64,000 bases of DNA from positions 1,961 through 65,960 of the forward strand of contig CALMYH010000002.1 in the NCBI GenBank assembly GCA_937873395.1. Reading direction: 5' to 3'. Below the pieces are notes generated by a model that saw nothing but the letters and a program-made list of their open reading frames with translations, searched no databases and was not told where the DNA came from. Position numbers and translations under genes: made by a program. Below are positions 38,235-48,683 of the stretch, one piece after another (the stretch's first letter is position 1; every line of letters begins with the position of its first letter). The stretch comes from an uncultured Burkholderiales bacterium. GTDB lineage: Bacteria > Pseudomonadota > Gammaproteobacteria > Burkholderiales > Burkholderiaceae_C.

Positions 38235-39185
38235 ATGACCATCAAAGTCGCTCTCGCCGGTGCTGGCGCCTTCGGCATCAAGCACCTGGACGGCATCAGG
38301 AACATCCCCGATGTCGAGGTCGTCTCCCTGATCAGCCGCGACCTGGCCAAGACGCAGGAAGTGGCCGACAAGTACGGCATCCGGCACGTGACCACCGATC
38401 TGGCCGACAGCCTGGCCATCAAGGAGGTGGACGCCGTCATCCTCTGCACGCCCACGCAGATGCACGCCGCCCAGTCCAAGGCCTGTCTGGAGGCCGGCAA
38501 GCATGTGCAGGTGGAGATTCCTCTGTGCGACATCCTGGCCGAAGGCGAAGAGGTGGTGGCGCTGCAGAAGCAGACCGGCCTGGTGGCCATGTGCGGCCAC
38601 ACCCGCCGTTTCAACCCCAGCCATCAGTTTGTCCACAAGAAGATCCAGGCTGGCGAGTTCAACATCCAGCAGATGGATGTGCAGACCTATTTCTTCCGCC
38701 GCACCAACATGAACGCCCTGGGCCAGCCGCGCAGCTGGACCGACCACCTGCTGTGGCACCACGCCGCCCACACGGTGGACCTGTTCGCCTACCAGTGCGG
38801 CAGCCCGATCGTGAAGGCCAACGCCGTCCAGGGACCTATCCACCCGACCCTGGGCATTGCCATGGACATGAGCATCCAGCTCAAGGCCGCCAACGGCGCC
38901 ATCTGCACGCTGAGCCTGTCCTTCAACAACGACGGTCCGCTGGGCACTTTCTTCCGCTACATCGGCGACACCGCGACCTACATCGCGCGCTACGACGACC
39001 TGTTCAACGGCAAGGACGAAAAAATCGACGTGTCCAAGGTGGACGTGTCCATGAACGGCATCGAGCTGCAGGACCGCGAGTTCTTCGCCGCCATCCGCGA
39101 GGGCCGCGAGCCCAACGCCAGCGTGGCCCAGGTGCTTCCGTGCTACCAGGTGCTCAATGACCTTGAGCAGCAGCTGAACGCCTGA
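38235..39185 (+). CDS. ligC: 4-carboxy-2-hydroxymuconate-6-semialdehyde dehydrogenase (Gfo/Idh/MocA family)
   Basis: It has the N-terminal Rossmann motif VALAGAGAFG. Its position after ligAB matches LigC/PmdC. Confidence 0.85.
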   Translation: MTIKVALAGAGAFGIKHLDGIRNIPDVEVVSLISRDLAKTQEVADKYGIRHVTTDLADSLAIKEVDAVILCTPTQMHAAQSKACLEAGKHVQVEIPLCDILAEGEEVVALQKQTGLVAMCGHTRRFNPSHQFVHKKIQAGEFNIQQMDVQTYFFRRTNMNALGQPRSWTDHLLWHHAAHTVDLFAYQCGSPIVKANAVQGPIHPTLGIAMDMSIQLKAANGAICTLSLSFNNDGPLGTFFRYIGDTATYIARYDDLFNGKDEKIDVSKVDVSMNGIELQDREFFAAIREGREPNASVAQVLPCYQVLNDLEQQLNA

Positions 39186-39200
39186 TTCCCTATCATCTGT

Positions 39201-39240
39201 CCCAGCGGCCCCACGCCACCGGCTGGGGCCTTTGTCGTTT
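39201..39240 (+). terminator. Probable rho-independent terminator after ligC
   Basis: A GC-rich stem (CCCAGC...GCTGGG, or GGCCCCA...TGGGGCC) is followed by TTTGTCGTTT. Confidence 0.5.
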
Positions 39241-39255
39241 CAGGAGAGCCCACCC

Positions 39256-40257
39256 ATGCAACAACGCCAACTTGGCCCCTTCAGCGTCAGCGCCATCGGC
39301 CTGGGCTGCATGAACATCTGCCACGCCTATGGCGCACCGGCCACGGAGGCCGAAGCCGAACGCCTGCTGCTGACCGCGCTGGACGCCGGCGTCACCCACT
39401 TCGACACCGCCGCCCTGTACGGCTTTGGCGTGAGCGAAACCCTGGTCGGCAAGTTCCTGTCCAAGCACCGATCCAGGTTCACCCTGGCCAGCAAGTGCGG
39501 CATGACCGGCGTGCCCAACGAGCAGGGTGTGAAGGTGCGGGTCATCGACGGCCGGCCGGCCACCCTCAAGGACACCTGCGAAGAGGCCCTGCAGCGCCTG
39601 CAAACGGAGGTGATCGACCTGTACTACCTGCACCGCTGGGACAAGCAGGTCCCTATCGAGGACAGCGTGGGCGCGCTGGCCGATCTGGTGCGCGAAGGCA
39701 AGATCCGCAGCGTCGGCCTGTCCGAGGTGTCGGCCGCCACCCTGCGCAAGGCCCACGCGGTGCACCCCATGGCCGCGCTGCAGACCGAGTATTCGCTCTG
39801 GACGCGCAACCCCGAGATTGCGGTGCTGCAGGCCTGCCGCGAGCTGGGCGTGAGCTTTGTGGCCTTCAGCCCGGTGGCCAGGGGTTTCCTGTGCGGCCCC
39901 ATGGACGTGAACGCGCTGGACGCCAAGGACATCCGTCGCACCATGCCGCGTTTCTCGCCCGAAAACTATGCGAAGAACGCCGCCCTGCTGCCGGCCTACC
40001 ACGCCATCGCAGCCGAGGTCGGCTGCACCCCATCGCAGCTGGCCATCGCCTGGCTGCTGCATCAGGGCGAAGACATCCTGCCCATCCCCGGCACGCGCAG
40101 CGTCGAGCACCTGATGGACGATCTGGGTGCGGCCGACGTGAAGCTGGCGGCCGATGTGCTGGCCCGGCTCGACGCGCTCATCAACCAGCACACCGTGCAC
40201 GGCGACCGGTACAACGAGCAGGCCAACCGCGAGGTCGATACCGAAACCTTCGGCTGA
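39256..40257 (+). CDS. Aldo/keto reductase
   Basis: AKR motifs are present (GLGCM, FDTAALYG). The start is at MQQRQLG after an AGGAGA RBS. Confidence 0.88.
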   Translation: MQQRQLGPFSVSAIGLGCMNICHAYGAPATEAEAERLLLTALDAGVTHFDTAALYGFGVSETLVGKFLSKHRSRFTLASKCGMTGVPNEQGVKVRVIDGRPATLKDTCEEALQRLQTEVIDLYYLHRWDKQVPIEDSVGALADLVREGKIRSVGLSEVSAATLRKAHAVHPMAALQTEYSLWTRNPEIAVLQACRELGVSFVAFSPVARGFLCGPMDVNALDAKDIRRTMPRFSPENYAKNAALLPAYHAIAAEVGCTPSQLAIAWLLHQGEDILPIPGTRSVEHLMDDLGAADVKLAADVLARLDALINQHTVHGDRYNEQANREVDTETFG

Positions 40258-40466
40258 GCCTCTGGGGGCAGGTCGGCGCAGATACAGGTCGAATGCCATG
40301 GCTGGGTTCTGCCTGGCCAGACTCGCAGCAGCGGGCCGGTGGATCGGCCGATGATGTTTTACATCCTGCAACAGGTTTGACGTGACGTGCAGAACTCTGG
40401 CGCATGCCTTGGACTTTAATGACGGCATGGGGCTGCGCACCGTGGCCCCGCCACCAGGAGAAAACC

Positions 40467-40961
40467 ATGCCAGCGGCTTCCATGACCCTGCAGGCTCTGT
40501 TGCGACAGCAGGGCGCACGAACCTCCGACTGGGCTCGCGTTCTGGCCACCGGTGCGCTGGTGGCAGGTGCCTGGGCGATGTCGGTGGCCCTGGCGCCGGC
40601 ACAGGCCAGGGATGTCTATTTCTCGATCGGGGTGCAGGCCCCCGGCGTCTCGGTGGGGGTGAGCAACGCACCGCCGGTGGTGTACCACCCACCGGTGGTG
40701 GTGCACTATCCTCCACCAGTGGTCCACTATCGACCGCCTGTGGTCCATTACCCGCCCGCCGTGGTGGTTCATCCGGCACCGGTCTACTACCACCCTAGGC
40801 CGGTGGTGGTGTACTCGCAGCCGGCCGTGCCGATCGGCCGTCCGGTGGTGGTCGTGCCTCAGCCGGTGTACCACGAGCGGCCTCGGCACCCTGGTCACCG
40901 TCACGGGCATCACAAGGGTGATCGGCACCACAAGCACCACGGCCCACACTACCGCTACTGA
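40467..40961 (+). CDS. Secreted PXPV-repeat, His-rich protein
   Basis: The signal peptide ends ALAPAQA. It has tandem PPVV(V)HY-type repeats and a C-terminal tail RPRHPGHRHGHHKGDRHHKHHGPHYRY. An AGGAGA RBS precedes the start. Confidence 0.7.
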   Translation: MPAASMTLQALLRQQGARTSDWARVLATGALVAGAWAMSVALAPAQARDVYFSIGVQAPGVSVGVSNAPPVVYHPPVVVHYPPPVVHYRPPVVHYPPAVVVHPAPVYYHPRPVVVYSQPAVPIGRPVVVVPQPVYHERPRHPGHRHGHHKGDRHHKHHGPHYRY

Positions 40962-41005
40962 TTTCCACGGTCGGCCCGCGGGCGTGTGGTGTCAACCCGA
41001 AGGGT

Positions 41006-41836
41006 TTACATCGCCTTGAAGCGGTGAGCGTAAAGCCGGCTGACCGTCCAGGTTTCGGTGCGCCCTGTGAGCCTGAGATGCAGCCTTCCCTGATGGTCGC
41101 GCTCCACACGATCGATGGCTGTCGCATTCACCACGGTCCCCCGATGGATCTGCCAGAAGCGTTGGGCACTCAGGCGCGGCAGCAGTTCTTTCAGTGGGGT
41201 CCGTATCAGGACTTCGCCGTCGGCGGTGAGCACGCGCACGTATTTGTCGGCCGCCTCGAAAGCCAGCACCTCGTCCACCGGAACGAATCGGATCTGGGAC
41301 CCGACACCGGCCTGGATCAGGGTGAGGGGCTCGGCCACCGGCACCGCTGTCAGGGCGCCTGGCGCCATCAACTGGCGCAGCTGATGCAGGGTGTGCTCCA
41401 GGGGGTCCGCCCCGCTGCGGGGCACGTGGTCAGTGCCTGGGCCTGATGCCCGCCACTGCAGCTGTTGCTGCAGCCGAAGAACGGTTTGCCGAAGCCTCAG
41501 TGCCTGCACGGGCTTGAGCAGGTAGTCGACGGCCTGTGCCTCGAAGGCCTGCAGCGCGTACTGGTCGTAGGCGGTGACAAAGACGATCAACGGGAAAGGT
41601 CCTGAAGCAGGCCATTCTTCCGCCAGTTCGGCGGCCGCTTCCAGTCCGGTTTGCCCGGGCATGCGGATGTCGAGAAAGAGGACGTCAGGCATGAGCGCCA
41701 GAGACTGCGAGACCGCCTGCTGCCCATCGCCCACGCTGGCCAGTATGGACAAATCCGGCCATGCCTGTGCCAGTTCGGTCTTCAGCGCGAGCGCCAGCAG
41801 GGGCTCGTCTTCGGCAATCAGGGCGGAGGCTTTCAT
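41006..41836 (-). CDS. LytTR/AlgR-family response regulator
   Basis: It has a receiver domain (AEDEPLL...LFLDIRMPG) and a C-terminal LytTR domain (FVPVDEVLAFEAADKYVRV...FWQIHRG). Confidence 0.9.
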   Translation of the reverse strand: MKASALIAEDEPLLALALKTELAQAWPDLSILASVGDGQQAVSQSLALMPDVLFLDIRMPGQTGLEAAAELAEEWPASGPFPLIVFVTAYDQYALQAFEAQAVDYLLKPVQALRLRQTVLRLQQQLQWRASGPGTDHVPRSGADPLEHTLHQLRQLMAPGALTAVPVAEPLTLIQAGVGSQIRFVPVDEVLAFEAADKYVRVLTADGEVLIRTPLKELLPRLSAQRFWQIHRGTVVNATAIDRVERDHQGRLHLRLTGRTETWTVSRLYAHRFKAM

Positions 41837-41846
41837 GGGTGTGGCT

Positions 41847-42974
41847 TCAAGGGTTGGGCGCGGGCAGATACAGGTGGATCCGGGTACCCTGGCCAGGCTG
41901 GCTTTCTACCTCCATCCGACCCTTGCCGGGCAAACTTTCAAGGCGTTCCCTCACCTGGGACAGGCCGAAGCCTCCGTTGGCCGATCGGGGGGGCGTCGGT
42001 CCGATGTCCATCCCCACGCCGGTGTCGTTCACCTCGATCTTCAGTTCTCGATCGTCGTCTGCGGTGGCGGCCACGGTGATTTCGCCACCTTCCAGCCTGG
42101 GTTCGAGACCATGGCGGATGGCGTTCTCCACCAGTGGCTGCAGCAGCAGGGGCGGCACGCCCCGGCGTGCCAGGGCTTCGGGCAGGATCAGTTGGTAGCG
42201 CAGGCGCGGACCCATGCGAACGGACATGAGTTCCAGGTAGTCATGCAGTCGTTCGAACTCGTCGGCCAGGGTGTGGCCGCCAGCATGGGCATCGGTGCGG
42301 GATGCCGTGAGCGTGGCACGCAGGTAGTCGCCCAGCCGGTCGAGCATGGCCACGGCGCGTGGGGGGTCGGTCTGGATCAGCACCCGCAGGTTGGCCAGTG
42401 TGTTGAACAGCATGTGGGGCTCAAGCTGCGTTTCCAGCAGTTTCAGGCGCGCTTCGGTGGCCTGTCGCTCCATCTCGCGGCCTTTCTCGCGCTGGTAGAA
42501 GAAAGCCAGAAACGCCAGGCTGATGCCCAGGGACGACAGCAGCACGCCCCAGAACCGTGTGGGGGACCGCAAGATCAGCGGCAGGGTGGACTGCTGGCTG
42601 TAGAGGTCGCCGATTCCGGTGCCCATCACGTAGCCCAGCACAGTGCCGGAAAACAGGAACAGGACCATGCGGGGTGAGAGTGCCCAGTAGTGAGGGCCGA
42701 AGGTCCCCAGCCAGCGGTGGGCTGCAATGCGCAGCGCGTCGGCGCAGAACCAGATGCAGGTGCTGATGGCGTAGGAGTAGACCAGAGAGGCACCAAACGA
42801 GTGGCCTTTCTGGCTGTAGGCGTAGAGCCCGAGGAAAAAAGCCACTGCCCAGACGATCATTCCCCGGCGCAGCAGGCCCGCGCGTGCATCGGTCGGGATC
42901 CAGCGGATCAGGCGTTCGGTCAAAGGGAGGTCAGGGTTCATGCCAGCAGACAGGGAGCGGGTTGATTCTGGCAT
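41847..42974 (-). CDS. LytS/YehU-type sensor histidine kinase
   Basis: It has N-terminal TM helices, the His_kinase motif QLEPHMLFNTLANL and an HATPase region (LQPLVENAIRHG). The start is ambiguous: 42974, 42980 or 42941. Confidence 0.8.
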   Translation of the reverse strand: MPESTRSLSAGMNPDLPLTERLIRWIPTDARAGLLRRGMIVWAVAFFLGLYAYSQKGHSFGASLVYSYAISTCIWFCADALRIAAHRWLGTFGPHYWALSPRMVLFLFSGTVLGYVMGTGIGDLYSQQSTLPLILRSPTRFWGVLLSSLGISLAFLAFFYQREKGREMERQATEARLKLLETQLEPHMLFNTLANLRVLIQTDPPRAVAMLDRLGDYLRATLTASRTDAHAGGHTLADEFERLHDYLELMSVRMGPRLRYQLILPEALARRGVPPLLLQPLVENAIRHGLEPRLEGGEITVAATADDDRELKIEVNDTGVGMDIGPTPPRSANGGFGLSQVRERLESLPGKGRMEVESQPGQGTRIHLYLPAPNP

Positions 42975-42990
42975 GCGCATCTGCTGGCGG

Positions 42991-43314
42991 TCAGTCTCGC
43001 CCGGATGCCCGGGGCCCACGCGGTTGGGCGCGCAAGGCCTGGCGTTCGCGCTCGGTCAGGCGCTCCCGCAGGCTGCTGCCGGGGCCAATGCCATACACAC
43101 CCACGCCGTGCATCATCAGGCCAAACCCCCAGCCCACGGCAGGCCAGACCATCCAGGTCTTGCCCTGGCTCAAGGCCAGCAGGCCCAGACCGGCGATGAC
43201 CACGGCATACACGAAGGCGTGGGTGTAAAAGCCGAGCTTGGCACCGGCACGCCGGCGGGCAATGCGCTCCAGGTCTGCGGGCAGATCGGGCTGGGTGTGG
43301 GGGGAGCTGTTCAT
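42991..43314 (-). CDS. 2TM-domain small membrane protein
   Basis: It is 107 aa with two hydrophobic helices (FYTHAFVYAVVIAGLGLL, WPAVGWGFGLMMHGVGVYG). It is the first gene of the LytS/LytTR operon. Confidence 0.7.
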   Translation of the reverse strand: MNSSPHTQPDLPADLERIARRRAGAKLGFYTHAFVYAVVIAGLGLLALSQGKTWMVWPAVGWGFGLMMHGVGVYGIGPGSSLRERLTERERQALRAQPRGPRASGRD

Positions 43315-43402
43315 GATGGGTTCCGATGGGGGAGGGCGGGAGGAATGATGCGGCGATCGGGCCAGCAGCCCAAGCGCTGTGCGACGGAATGCCGGCGACG
43401 GG

Positions 43403-43434
43403 CGTGAAATGATGGGGGGCGGTCGTGAAATGAT
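43403..43434. promoter_or_regulatory. Direct repeat CGTGAAATGAT x2 with 21-nt phasing (candidate LytTR binding site)
   Basis: Identical 11-mers occur at 43403..43413 and 43424..43434. They lie in the divergent intergenic region between the 2TM-LytS-LytTR operon and the efflux operon. Confidence 0.5.
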
Positions 43435-43572
43435 CCGGACCTGGTGCGATCCTCACCAACGCCGGGGAACCCGCCAGTTCAGATCCGGTCGATACCGGGT
43501 GCATCTTTTCTTTACCCGGCGTTTGCCAGTCCTTGATCGACCCGCCTTCAAAGTGTTCCGTGCCTTCCTACA

Positions 43573-45186
43573 ATGGGTGCCATGACCCGAAAAATCTGGC
43601 TTTCTGTCTTTGTGCTGGTGGTGCTGAGCGTGGTGGCTGGCTGGTGGTGGACGCGCAAGGATGCCAGTCCCGCCCAGCAGTATCGGACCGCCCTGATCGA
43701 ACGCGGCGGTCTGCAGGCTTCCGTTTCAGCCAGTGGGACGGTGAATCCGGTCACGCAGGTGTCGGTCGGCACCCAGGTGTCCGGCCAGATCCGCGAAATC
43801 CATGTCGACTTCAACGACGAGGTGCGGGCGGGTCAGCTGATCGCCGAAATCGACCCCGAGACCTTCGAGTACCGGGTGCGCTCGGCGCAGGCCGATCTCG
43901 ACGCGGCCCGGGCCAGTGTGCTCACCGCCCAGGCCAATGCGGCCGCCACACGGGCCAATGTCTCGCGGGCGCAGACCGAGCTGGCCGAAGCGCGGCGGGT
44001 GCACGAACGCAACCTGCAGCTGGTGGCCCAGGGCTTCATCTCCCAGAGTGAGGCCGACCGGACCCAGGCGGCGCTGACTGCGGCCCAGGAGTCGCTCAAG
44101 TCGTCCGAGGCCCTGGCGGCCGTGAGTGAAGCCCAGATCCGCAGTGCCCAGGCCACGGTGGCCCAGCGCGAGTCGTCGCTGGCGCAGGCGCGGGTGGACC
44201 TGGGTCGCACCCGCATCACCTCGCCGGTGGATGGCATCGTCATCAAGCGTGCGGTCGAGCGGGGGCAGACCGTGGCCGCCAGCCTGCAGGCGCCCGAGTT
44301 GTTCGTGATTGCCCAGAACCTGGCCGACATGCAGGTCGATGCCAGCATCGACGAGGCCGACGTGGGGCGCATCCGTTCGGGCCAGTCGGTCAGCTTCACC
44401 GTCGACGCCTTTCCGGGGCAGACCTTCGACGGTGTCGTGCACCAGGTGCGCAAGGCGGCGCAGAATGTCTCCAACGTCGTCACCTACACGGCGGTGATCG
44501 GTTTTGCCAACACCAGCGGGCGCCTGTTGCCGGGCATGACCGCCAACGTGCGCGTGGTGACCGATGCCCGTGACGACGTGCTGAAGGTGCCGAACGCCGC
44601 CCTGCGCGTGCGGATTGCCGGTGTCGAGCCGGCGCCGGCGGCCGGCGGGACGGCAGCGCCTGCGCCCAACGGACCGGCGCCCGCGCCCTCGACTGCACCG
44701 GCAGGTCGGGGCCCGATGGCCGAGTTCCGCAACCGGGTGGTGAGCGAGCTGACCCTGCGCCCCGAGCAGGTCGAGAAGGTCGACGCGCTGATGGCCGCGG
44801 CCGGTCCCCGGTTCATGGCCTTGCGGGAGCTTGACGAGGCGGCGCGCGCCCGGGCGCGCGACCGCATCGTGGCCGACCTCAGGGCCGCCATCGCTGATCT
44901 GCTCGACGAGGGGCAGCGGCCCCGTTATGCCGCCCTGGTGGCCGAAGCCGCCGGGCGCCAGACCACCCGTGGGCGTCTCTTCCTGCTGGGCAGCGATGGC
45001 CGACCGGTGGCCTTCGACGTGCGCCTGGGCATCAGCGATGGCACGGCCACCGAGCTGGTGGTGACGCCGGGCGCTCCGGGCTCGGAGGTGCTGACCGAGG
45101 GCGCCCGCGTCATCACGGCGGTGACCGGTACGCCCACCTCGGGCGCCCCCCGCACCACGGCGCCGGGACCCCGGCTGCCGTTCTGA
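43573..45186 (+). CDS. HlyD/MacA-family periplasmic adaptor with a large internal insertion
   Basis: It has an N-terminal TM anchor, a coiled-coil hairpin, lipoyl and beta-barrel motifs (ITSPVDGIV, VSFTVDAFPG). About 125 extra residues lie before the membrane-proximal domain. The ATG at 43582 is an alternative start. Confidence 0.85.
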   Translation: MGAMTRKIWLSVFVLVVLSVVAGWWWTRKDASPAQQYRTALIERGGLQASVSASGTVNPVTQVSVGTQVSGQIREIHVDFNDEVRAGQLIAEIDPETFEYRVRSAQADLDAARASVLTAQANAAATRANVSRAQTELAEARRVHERNLQLVAQGFISQSEADRTQAALTAAQESLKSSEALAAVSEAQIRSAQATVAQRESSLAQARVDLGRTRITSPVDGIVIKRAVERGQTVAASLQAPELFVIAQNLADMQVDASIDEADVGRIRSGQSVSFTVDAFPGQTFDGVVHQVRKAAQNVSNVVTYTAVIGFANTSGRLLPGMTANVRVVTDARDDVLKVPNAALRVRIAGVEPAPAAGGTAAPAPNGPAPAPSTAPAGRGPMAEFRNRVVSELTLRPEQVEKVDALMAAAGPRFMALRELDEAARARARDRIVADLRAAIADLLDEGQRPRYAALVAEAAGRQTTRGRLFLLGSDGRPVAFDVRLGISDGTATELVVTPGAPGSEVLTEGARVITAVTGTPTSGAPRTTAPGPRLPF

Positions 45187-45190
45187 GGGC

Positions 45191-45900
45191 GTGCGCATGG
45201 CGTTGATCGAAGCCCGCGATCTGGTCAAGACCTACCGGATGGGGGACCAGGCCGTTCATGCCCTCGATGGGGTGTCGGTGGATATCGAGGCGGGCGAGTT
45301 CGTGGCCATCATGGGTGCCTCGGGTTCCGGCAAGTCCACCCTGATGAACATCCTGGGTTGTCTGGATCGGCCCGACAGCGGCCAGTACCGGCTGGCCGGC
45401 GAGGCGGTGGATGGCATGAGCGGCGATGCCCTGGCGGGCGTGCGCAACCGGCGTATCGGTTTTGTCTTCCAGCAGTTCAACCTGTTGCCGCGCACCAGCG
45501 CGCTGGAGAACGTCGAACTGCCCATGGTCTACGCCGGTGTGCCGACGGCCGAGCGGCGCCGGCGGGCTCTGGAGGCACTGCAGCGGGTGGGTCTTGCCGA
45601 GCGCAGCGCGCACTCACCCGCGGAGCTGTCGGGAGGACAACAGCAGCGGGTGGCCATTGCCCGCGCGCTGGTCAACCAGCCGCAGCTGATCCTGGCCGAT
45701 GAACCCACGGGCGCGCTGGACACCCGCACCAGCGAGGACATCATGCGCCTGCTGACCGAACTCAACCGCCAGGGCATCACCGTGGTGCTCGTCACCCACG
45801 AACACGACATCGCGGCCTGGACCCGTCGGCGCCTGGTGTTCCGGGACGGCCGCATTGTGGAAGATGTGCGCCAGCAGCCGCAGCACGAAGGGGTGCCGGC

Positions 45901-45904
<4 letters not shown>
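45191..45904 (+). CDS. ABC transporter ATP-binding protein (MacB/LolD-like)
   Basis: It has Walker A GASGSGKST, signature LSGGQQQRVAIARAL and Walker B ILADEPTG. The start is the GTG at 45191 or the ATG at 45197. Confidence 0.9.
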
Positions 45905-47125
<1,221 letters not shown>

Positions 47126-47133
<8 letters not shown>

Positions 47134-47722
47134 ACGGACCGTGGTGTCCCGACGCCGCTACCTCATCGGTGGCGCGGTGGGTGGCTCGGCCGTGTTGGGA
47201 TGGTTGGCGGGCTGTGCCTGGCCTTCTCCCACGGTCCGAACGGTGCGGGTTTCCGAGGCCCGGATGGCGGAGCGCCTGGCCCGTCAGTTTCCCTACACCT
47301 ACCGGCATCTGGACCTGCTGGAGTGGCACCTGAGCAACCCCTGGCTGCGTCTGATTCCCCACGAGAACCGCCTGGCCACGCGGCTGGATGTCGCGGTGGG
47401 CCTGCTGGAGGGTCGCCAGCGGGAGCGCCAGGGCACCGTGACGTTCAGCTATGGTCTGCTCCTGGACATGTCTGACCGCAGCTTGCGACTGCGCGACATC
47501 CGCCTCGACGCCCTGGAAGTTCCGGGTTTGTCGGGTCTGGCGGCCAGCCTGACGCAGCGGCTGACGGGGGCCCTTCTGGAAGAACGTTTTCGGGAACTGG
47601 TGGTGCATCGCCTGAGCGACGACGATGTGCGCAGCGCGCGCGGCTGGGGCTACGAGCCGGGCGATCTTCGGGTCGTGCCCGGTGGCCTGGAACTGGAGTT
47701 GCGTCCGATACGTCGCTCCTGA
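47126..47722 (+). CDS. DUF1439-like lipoprotein
   Basis: The lipobox is LAGC. The start overlaps the permease stop. Confidence 0.65.
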
Positions 47723-47839
47723 CGGTGGCTGGGCAGGGTGCCGCCGCAGGGGCTCACTGCGGCTACGATAGTCCTTTTCTTTCGCAGGGCAGGAGCCGCT
47801 GCCCACCTCTCGTTCTTCCCCCTCCCCATTCCTCCCTCT

Positions 47840-48670
47840 ATGGATATTGCATTGCTGATCAAGGCCGCCATCATGGGCGTGGTGGAGGGCTTGACCGAGT
47901 TCCTCCCGATTTCGTCAACGGGACACCTGATCCTGACGGCCACGCTGTTGCGTTGGGAGGGTGAAAAAGTCAAGCTTTTCGAGGTGGTCATTCAGACCGG
48001 CGCCATCCTGGCCATCGTGTCGCTCTACATCGAGCGCCTGTGGCACACCCTGATCGGACTGCCCCGGGACCGCACGGCTCAACGCTTTGCATCGAACGTC
48101 CTGATCGGTTTTCTGCCCGCGGCCGTTGCCGGCGTGCTGTTCATCGACGTCATCAAGGGGGTGCTGTTCTCGCCGCTGGTGGTGGCCATGGGTTTCATCG
48201 CTGGCGGACTGGTGATTCTCTGGGCCGAGCGCCTCCAATCGCGAGGTGCGGTGTCGAAGGTGGACGACGTGGACCGGGTGCGGTGGACCGACGCCCTGAA
48301 AGTGGGGCTCATCCAGTGCACGGCCCTGGTGCCGGGTGTCAGCCGTTCGGGCGCCACCATCATCGGGGCCATGCTGGTGGGCTTCAACCGCAAGACCGCG
48401 ACCGAGTTCAGCTTCTTCCTGGCCATTCCGATGCTGTTCGGGGCGGCGGCCTACGATCTCTACAAGAACCACCACCTGCTGGGACGGGAGGACCTGCCGG
48501 TGTTTGCTGTGGGGCTGGTGGTGTCGTGGGTCTCCGCCTGGGTCAGCGTGCGATGGCTGTTGCGCTTTGTCGGGCATCACAGCTTTGTGCCCTTTGCCTG
48601 GTACCGCATCGCGTTCGGGCTGTTGATCATCGTCACAGCCTATGGTGGCTGGGTGGACTGGACGGGTTGA
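47840..48670 (+). CDS. uppP: Undecaprenyl-diphosphate phosphatase
   Basis: The BacA motifs [15 protein letters not shown] and [10 protein letters not shown] are present. Confidence 0.92.
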   Translation: MDIALLIKAAIMGVVEGLTEFLPISSTGHLILTATLLRWEGEKVKLFEVVIQTGAILAIVSLYIERLWHTLIGLPRDRTAQRFASNVLIGFLPAAVAGVLFIDVIKGVLFSPLVVAMGFIAGGLVILWAERLQSRGAVSKVDDVDRVRWTDALKVGLIQCTALVPGVSRSGATIIGAMLVGFNRKTATEFSFFLAIPMLFGAAAYDLYKNHHLLGREDLPVFAVGLVVSWVSAWVSVRWLLRFVGHHSFVPFAWYRIAFGLLIIVTAYGGWVDWTG

Positions 48671-48683
48671 GGATGTCGAGGTC

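Noticed and set aside
40660-40810. Short tandem DNA repeats that might be taken for a CRISPR-like or satellite array.
   Set aside because: The units are about 18 nt, degenerate and contiguous, with no spacers. They lie in frame within a signal-peptide-bearing ORF and encode PPVVHY-type peptide repeats.
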